DNA of 64,000 nucleotides from Vampirovibrionales bacterium (GTDB lineage Bacteria; Cyanobacteriota; Vampirovibrionia; Vampirovibrionales; JAJTHC01): NCBI GenBank assembly GCA_035285025.1, contig JAYKHY010000039.1, positions 21,018 to 85,017 of the forward strand, read 5' to 3'. Shown piece by piece: positions 60,105 to 64,000 of this stretch (position 1 is its first letter; each line of letters starts with the position of its first letter). The notes under the pieces were generated by a model. It saw only the letters and a program-made list of their open reading frames with translations, ran no database searches and was not told where the DNA came from. The position numbers and the translations under genes were made by a program.

Positions 60105-61616
60105 TTACGTAGCTTGGCGCAGGCGCTGCAAATCGGCAAAAAAGTCTGGATACGACACCGCCACACATTCGGGTGAGTCAATCGCCAGCGAGAGGGATTC
60201 GGGCCATTGACCCCGAGCCTGAGCTACGCACTGCAAAATGCTTGCCGCCATGGCGATTCGGTGATCGCCATGGGTGGTAACGCTTAACTGGCCTGCTTGA
60301 TTTAGCAGCACAGTTGCCAAAAGCGCACGCTCTGGCGAGCCTTGGAGGGTAAAACCATCTTCCTGCACATCGAGCGTGACGCCCACGCTGTTGAGCAGCG
60401 CGGCCATCAGGCCAATCCGGTCGGATTCCTTTTTACGCAGCTCTTCTGCTCCCGTGACCTTAAGTACACCATTGAGCCAAACGGCCCCCACGGCCAGTAC
60501 CGGGATTTCGTCAATCAGACGCGGTAGAACATCTGCATCAAGCGTAATATCGCCCGATAACTCGGCGGATTCGACAATCAGGTCGGCCACAGGCTCGCCA
60601 CAAAATTCGCGCTGGTTTTCGACGCTGATATTTGCGCCCGCCTCCAGCAGAACATCTAGCAGGCCTGTACGAGAGGGATTTAAGCCCACGTTGAGCAGCT
60701 TGACGCTTGCGCCCGGCACCAGACTAGCGGCAATCATCCAGAAAGCGGCGCTTGAAATATCGCCCGGCACTTGCCATTGCGTAGGCCAGTGGCATTTTTC
60801 GGGCTCGTAAAACTGTTCCCAGTCAAAGCCTTCGAGCATCAGGGTTTGGCCAATCGGCAACTGTGACGCCTCGCCGTGCTCATCATCAAAGTCATCATAG
60901 TCACCGTCCTCGCGGGTGGGCCATTCCGCCTCAATGGTTAGCGGCACGCCGCAGTATTGCATCATCCGCTCGGTATGGTCGCGCGTAAACACCGGCTCCA
61001 TCAGGCGCATTGGGCCATCTGCAAACAGGCCCGCCAGCAATAAAGCCGATTTAACCTGCGCGGAGGCCACCGGAAAAGAATACGTTAACCCCCGAAGCAA
61101 CCCGCCTGTGGGTAAAATGCTAACTGGCGCAAGCGTGTTAGATGCTCTGCCATGAACGTTAGCGCCCATGTGGGCCAGCGGCAGCAAAACCCGACCCATT
61201 GGACGCTTCAGCAAGCTGTTATCACCAGTTATTACGGCATAACCGCCATCTTCCCGGGTGGCCATGGCCCCCGCCAGCAGCCCGGTCATCAGGCGCATGG
61301 TGGTCCCGGAGTTATCGGCATTAAGGATGCCAAACGGTTCGTTAAAGGGCAAACCGCCTTTAACGGTAGCCAGCACGGGCTGCCCAGGCGCGTACGGATC
61401 GGCCGCATTTACGGCTGAATCGCCAGGCCAGTCTATTTTAGCGCCCAGCGCGCGCAGCATGCCGGCGGTTGCCTTTACGTCTGCACTGGGCAGTAGGCCC
61501 TGTATCTGGCTAGAAAGCGGCGACAGGGCGGCAAACATGAGCGCACGGTGGCTGATGGATTTATCGCCCGGCACCAGCACCTGGCCTTTTAGGCTGTGAC
61601 CAAAAAACTGCATCAT
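60105..61616 (-). CDS. aroA: 3-phosphoshikimate 1-carboxyvinyltransferase (EPSP synthase) with an acidic insertion
   Basis: 503 aa. Contains LPGDKSISHRALMFAAL, DHTERM and VPGDISSAAF. An acid-rich segment (REDGDYDDFDDEHGEASQ...) of about 40 extra residues lies before the VPGDISSAAF block. Confidence 0.85.
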   Translation of the reverse strand: MMQFFGHSLKGQVLVPGDKSISHRALMFAALSPLSSQIQGLLPSADVKATAGMLRALGAKIDWPGDSAVNAADPYAPGQPVLATVKGGLPFNEPFGILNADNSGTTMRLMTGLLAGAMATREDGGYAVITGDNSLLKRPMGRVLLPLAHMGANVHGRASNTLAPVSILPTGGLLRGLTYSFPVASAQVKSALLLAGLFADGPMRLMEPVFTRDHTERMMQYCGVPLTIEAEWPTREDGDYDDFDDEHGEASQLPIGQTLMLEGFDWEQFYEPEKCHWPTQWQVPGDISSAAFWMIAASLVPGASVKLLNVGLNPSRTGLLDVLLEAGANISVENQREFCGEPVADLIVESAELSGDITLDADVLPRLIDEIPVLAVGAVWLNGVLKVTGAEELRKKESDRIGLMAALLNSVGVTLDVQEDGFTLQGSPERALLATVLLNQAGQLSVTTHGDHRIAMAASILQCVAQARGQWPESLSLAIDSPECVAVSYPDFFADLQRLRQAT

Positions 61617-61856
61617 GTTCTTTAAAGGCTGCTATTTAAAAAATAAATCATATACGCAAGGTCATCAAAACGCCTACCCTGCCTGCATTTTAGGGTTCCT
61701 GGATCTGATTTGTCCTAACCTGACGTTGATTTACTATATCACGATTGTCTGCCGTATGATTCATGAATCCAGCCGCAATTCACTCCCGAAGGCTATTACC
61801 GCGCCTGCAATGACGCCTTGGGGGGCAAACTGCGCGCTGAGCTTGCCCAAACCGGC

Positions 61857-63119
61857 CTAGGCATTGGGCAGGCTGAGATCCGGGGTTTTGGTGTATTGCA
61901 CCGGCAGCCACTCGCGCTGGGTGCGCACGCGGATTTTGCCCGCTTCCAGGGTGGTTACCAGCAGATGATCGTTGCCCGAGAGCTTGAATAATTGGCCAAG
62001 CGTGTAGGGTCTGGGCATATCGGCCTTGGGTTGGCCAAAATACGCCGCCAGCTTAAGGCCGGGTAAAAGTTTATGATTGGTTGATTTAAGCTCGGGGTAC
62101 TGACCGTTTAAGGCCTCGGAAGCCGCGAGCAAATCGGCATACATGGGCGTGGTTTGCTTGGGGTGCAAACTGGCCGAGGCCACCACGACGGGAGCGGGCA
62201 TCTGGGGGGGGTGCAGCAATAGCGCAGCGCCCGCGTACTGGCCGTTTCTGGCGCTACGCTTAAACGAAACCGCATTGTAATACGCCGATTGCGCCTGTTT
62301 TAACGCGGCAATAACATCGTTCGGCTTTAAAGATCCCATCACCTGTTGGGCTTTAGGCGAAATCTCAACCGGTAGCGCCGATAAATCTGCTGGGACATCC
62401 GGCGGCACATCGCAGGTTTGGCTCGCGAGCGGGAAAAGCGCCTTGAGCGGTTTGGCCTGAAGCTGCTGCACGCCTTTTTCGTCACGATCAATGTAGCCAA
62501 TCAGGGTATCGGGCTTGAGCGTGCTGTTTTGCGCAACCACGTTATGCATCGTTTGCTGGCAAATGTGGCAAGCGCATTGCGTGGCCAGGTAAGGGTCTGC
62601 ATAGCGCGAGGTAATTGTAACCAGCGCCTTGACCGGCGCTTGCGGATGTACCTGCATCGCTGTTTTGAGGGCCAAACGCTCCGAACAAATGGGGTCATCG
62701 GGGGCGAATGCAATGCTTGTTTTAAGGATTGGCGACAGGGCAGGAGACTGAAACACCAGCGCGGAGCCCCACACCTCGGGTAATTTATTAACGTTTTGCT
62801 TACTCGTGGTTTTGGCAACCTCGTAGGCTTGGCGCACCCAATCACGAAGCTCTGGCTCGGTGATGCCAGACTGCTGCAACAAAGCCTGCACCCCCTTGGC
62901 CAAGGGGAGCGCATGCGGCAACGGCTGTACGCTTTTTTGAGCCAGTGCGTTTAATTTTTGCTCCGACAAGCGCGAAAACGTATCGATGGGTTGTGTATTG
63001 GCCTGGCTGCCAAACGATACGCGCGCCAGTTTGCCCGCCCAAGGCGTCGCTAAAAACAGGGGTGCCGGATCTGTGCTGGCAGCACTTGATTGGGGCACGG
63101 GGCGAGCAAGAAGCATCAT
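61857..63119 (-). CDS. Hypothetical protein
   Basis: 420-aa ORF, Ala/Gln/Pro-rich, with no confidently recognised motif. Confidence 0.3.
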   Translation of the reverse strand: MMLLARPVPQSSAASTDPAPLFLATPWAGKLARVSFGSQANTQPIDTFSRLSEQKLNALAQKSVQPLPHALPLAKGVQALLQQSGITEPELRDWVRQAYEVAKTTSKQNVNKLPEVWGSALVFQSPALSPILKTSIAFAPDDPICSERLALKTAMQVHPQAPVKALVTITSRYADPYLATQCACHICQQTMHNVVAQNSTLKPDTLIGYIDRDEKGVQQLQAKPLKALFPLASQTCDVPPDVPADLSALPVEISPKAQQVMGSLKPNDVIAALKQAQSAYYNAVSFKRSARNGQYAGAALLLHPPQMPAPVVVASASLHPKQTTPMYADLLAASEALNGQYPELKSTNHKLLPGLKLAAYFGQPKADMPRPYTLGQLFKLSGNDHLLVTTLEAGKIRVRTQREWLPVQYTKTPDLSLPNA

Positions 63120-63221
63120 GATAATTGATTAAAGCGCAAAAACCGAGGAAACGCTCCCTAAAAGAGATAAGTATTGTGGTTTGGTGCCAGCCTGGGCGGA
63201 AAGGCGCTAGCTTCAAGAAGT

Positions 63222-63334
63222 TGAGTATTGTGTCAGTTTGGCACTGATAGAGAGTGCGAGAGATAGCGCTTTTTACCAGGTAAAAGCGACGGCCCTCGCT
63301 TCGGGATATTAAGCCCAACAAACTGACCCACTAC
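63222..63334. mobile_element. MITE-like element family 2, copy C (inverted relative to copy A)
   Basis: Ends GTATTGTGTCAGTTTGG and CAAACTGACCCACTACC. Internal hairpin GCTTTTTAC-CAG-GTAAAAGC and CGACGGCCCTCGCTTC, the reverse complement of the GAAGCGAGGGCCG motif of copies A and B. Confidence 0.55.
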
Positions 63335-63369
63335 CGGGAATTGAAACATCTTCATTCACCAACACCGCT

Positions 63370-64000
63370 TTAGGGCATTACTTCGGCGTGGCGGGCAAAA
63401 GCGTTGTGCCCGTGGATGCTTTCCAAGGCTTCGATCTGAAGCGAGAACCCGCTGATGTTGCCCGCTTTGCCCACTTCGCGCAGGTAAAGCGTTACGTCGC
63501 GCGCGACGTCTTCGACAAATTTGGCGTTGGTGTACTGGCGCTCGGTAACCCATTTTTCATCGACGCGCTTAAGCATGGGGTATACCGCGCAGGAGCCTTG
63601 CGCCTCAAGGCCCTCGATTAAATCTTCGATCCACAGCACGGGCATGGTGTCGTCGTCCGAGGGTAAATCAAGCATGACGCTGATTTCGGCACGCTGGTTA
63701 TGCGCCCCAAACTCAGAAATCGCCTTGCTACACGGGCACAGCGTGGATACCGGCACCGTGAGCCCCAGCGCAAAACGATACCCTTGCTCGGGCGTTAGGC
63801 TGGCTTTAAACACGGTATCGTAAGCCATAGGCGCAACCAGCTTGCTGACTGGTGCCGCCTTGGGAACAAAATATTTAAAGCGCATCTCGACGTGCGCGCT
63901 ATCGCTACTGGCGGTTTCCGAGCTTTGCAAGGCGCAGGTTTCGGTTAAAAAGCGGCGCAAATCATAGCAAAGTGTCTCGGTGCTGGCGTGCCATTCGGCA
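63370..64000 (-). CDS. folE2: GTP cyclohydrolase FolE2/MptA family (type IB). The 5' end of the gene lies beyond the window.
   Basis: CPCSK zinc/active-site motif and ESIHGHNA block. The ORF stays open to the window edge. Confidence 0.7.
   Translation of the reverse strand, partial: AEWHASTETLCYDLRRFLTETCALQSSETASSDSAHVEMRFKYFVPKAAPVSKLVAPMAYDTVFKASLTPEQGYRFALGLTVPVSTLCPCSKAISEFGAHNQRAEISVMLDLPSDDDTMPVLWIEDLIEGLEAQGSCAVYPMLKRVDEKWVTERQYTNAKFVEDVARDVTLYLREVGKAGNISGFSLQIEALESIHGHNAFARHAEVMP

Noticed and set aside
1-64000. Search for CRISPR arrays, tRNA and rRNA genes
   Set aside because: No regularly spaced direct repeats with unique spacers were found. The only tandem arrays are 2-3 short units. 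I found no GGTTCGAATCC-like T-loop with an acceptor stem in any intergenic region, and no 16S/23S/5S-like stretch. I cannot exclude a divergent tRNA without a covariance search (tRNAscan-SE, Infernal).

Overview
Chromosomal window of about 64 kb from a bacterium that is GC-rich by eye. It appears Gram-negative (LPS genes lpxC, lpxD, lpxK) and flagellated (flgB-flgC). No rRNA, tRNA, CRISPR array, integrase, transposase or phage structural gene could be recognised. Most of the window is housekeeping genes: feoB (5' partial), a KamA-family radical SAM enzyme, lpxC, lpxD, rsmD, sppA, dps, flgB, flgC, secG, fabD, rpsO, clpB, argF, trmD, corA, alr, xthA, ubiE/menG, an acyl-CoA synthetase, a phosphohexomutase, dgt, an IscS/NifS cysteine desulfurase, mutY, queD, recR, lpxK, nusB, rpmE, aroA and folE2 (partial). 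There is also a wza / O-antigen-ligase-like / wzc-like exopolysaccharide export cluster. Non-housekeeping content is scattered among these. (1) A conspicuously AT-rich gene encodes a 345-aa RelA/SpoT-domain protein with a cysteine-free C-terminal extension of roughly 135-145 aa. It is wedged between argF and trmD and is a candidate toxSAS / CapRel-like fused toxin-sensor. (2) A second AT-rich gene for a membrane-anchored protein lies 1.7 kb away and abuts corA. (3) Two adjacent genes encode secreted cysteine-rich proteins; one is a 46-aa signal-peptide-bearing peptide with three CC doublets that the ORF track missed. (4) A family of 90-140 bp MITE-like elements has 17-18 bp terminal inverted repeats, with at least four intergenic copies. 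(5) A different 84-bp TIR element has inserted in frame into a PLP-dependent serine/threonine dehydratase gene and disrupted it. (6) An AT-rich 1.25-kb stretch holds a decayed gene of about 305 codons (one in-frame TAG plus one frameshift). (7) A cyanobacterial-LdpA-like protein with two 4Fe-4S motifs is interrupted by a single in-frame TAA. (8) An EPS Wzc-like copolymerase has a degenerate kinase Walker A and a REC-GGDEF regulator has a degenerate GGDEF motif. No single multi-gene novel system is certain. The RelA/SpoT gene (alone, or together with the neighbouring AT-rich gene) and the secreted Cys-peptide pair are the best candidates.
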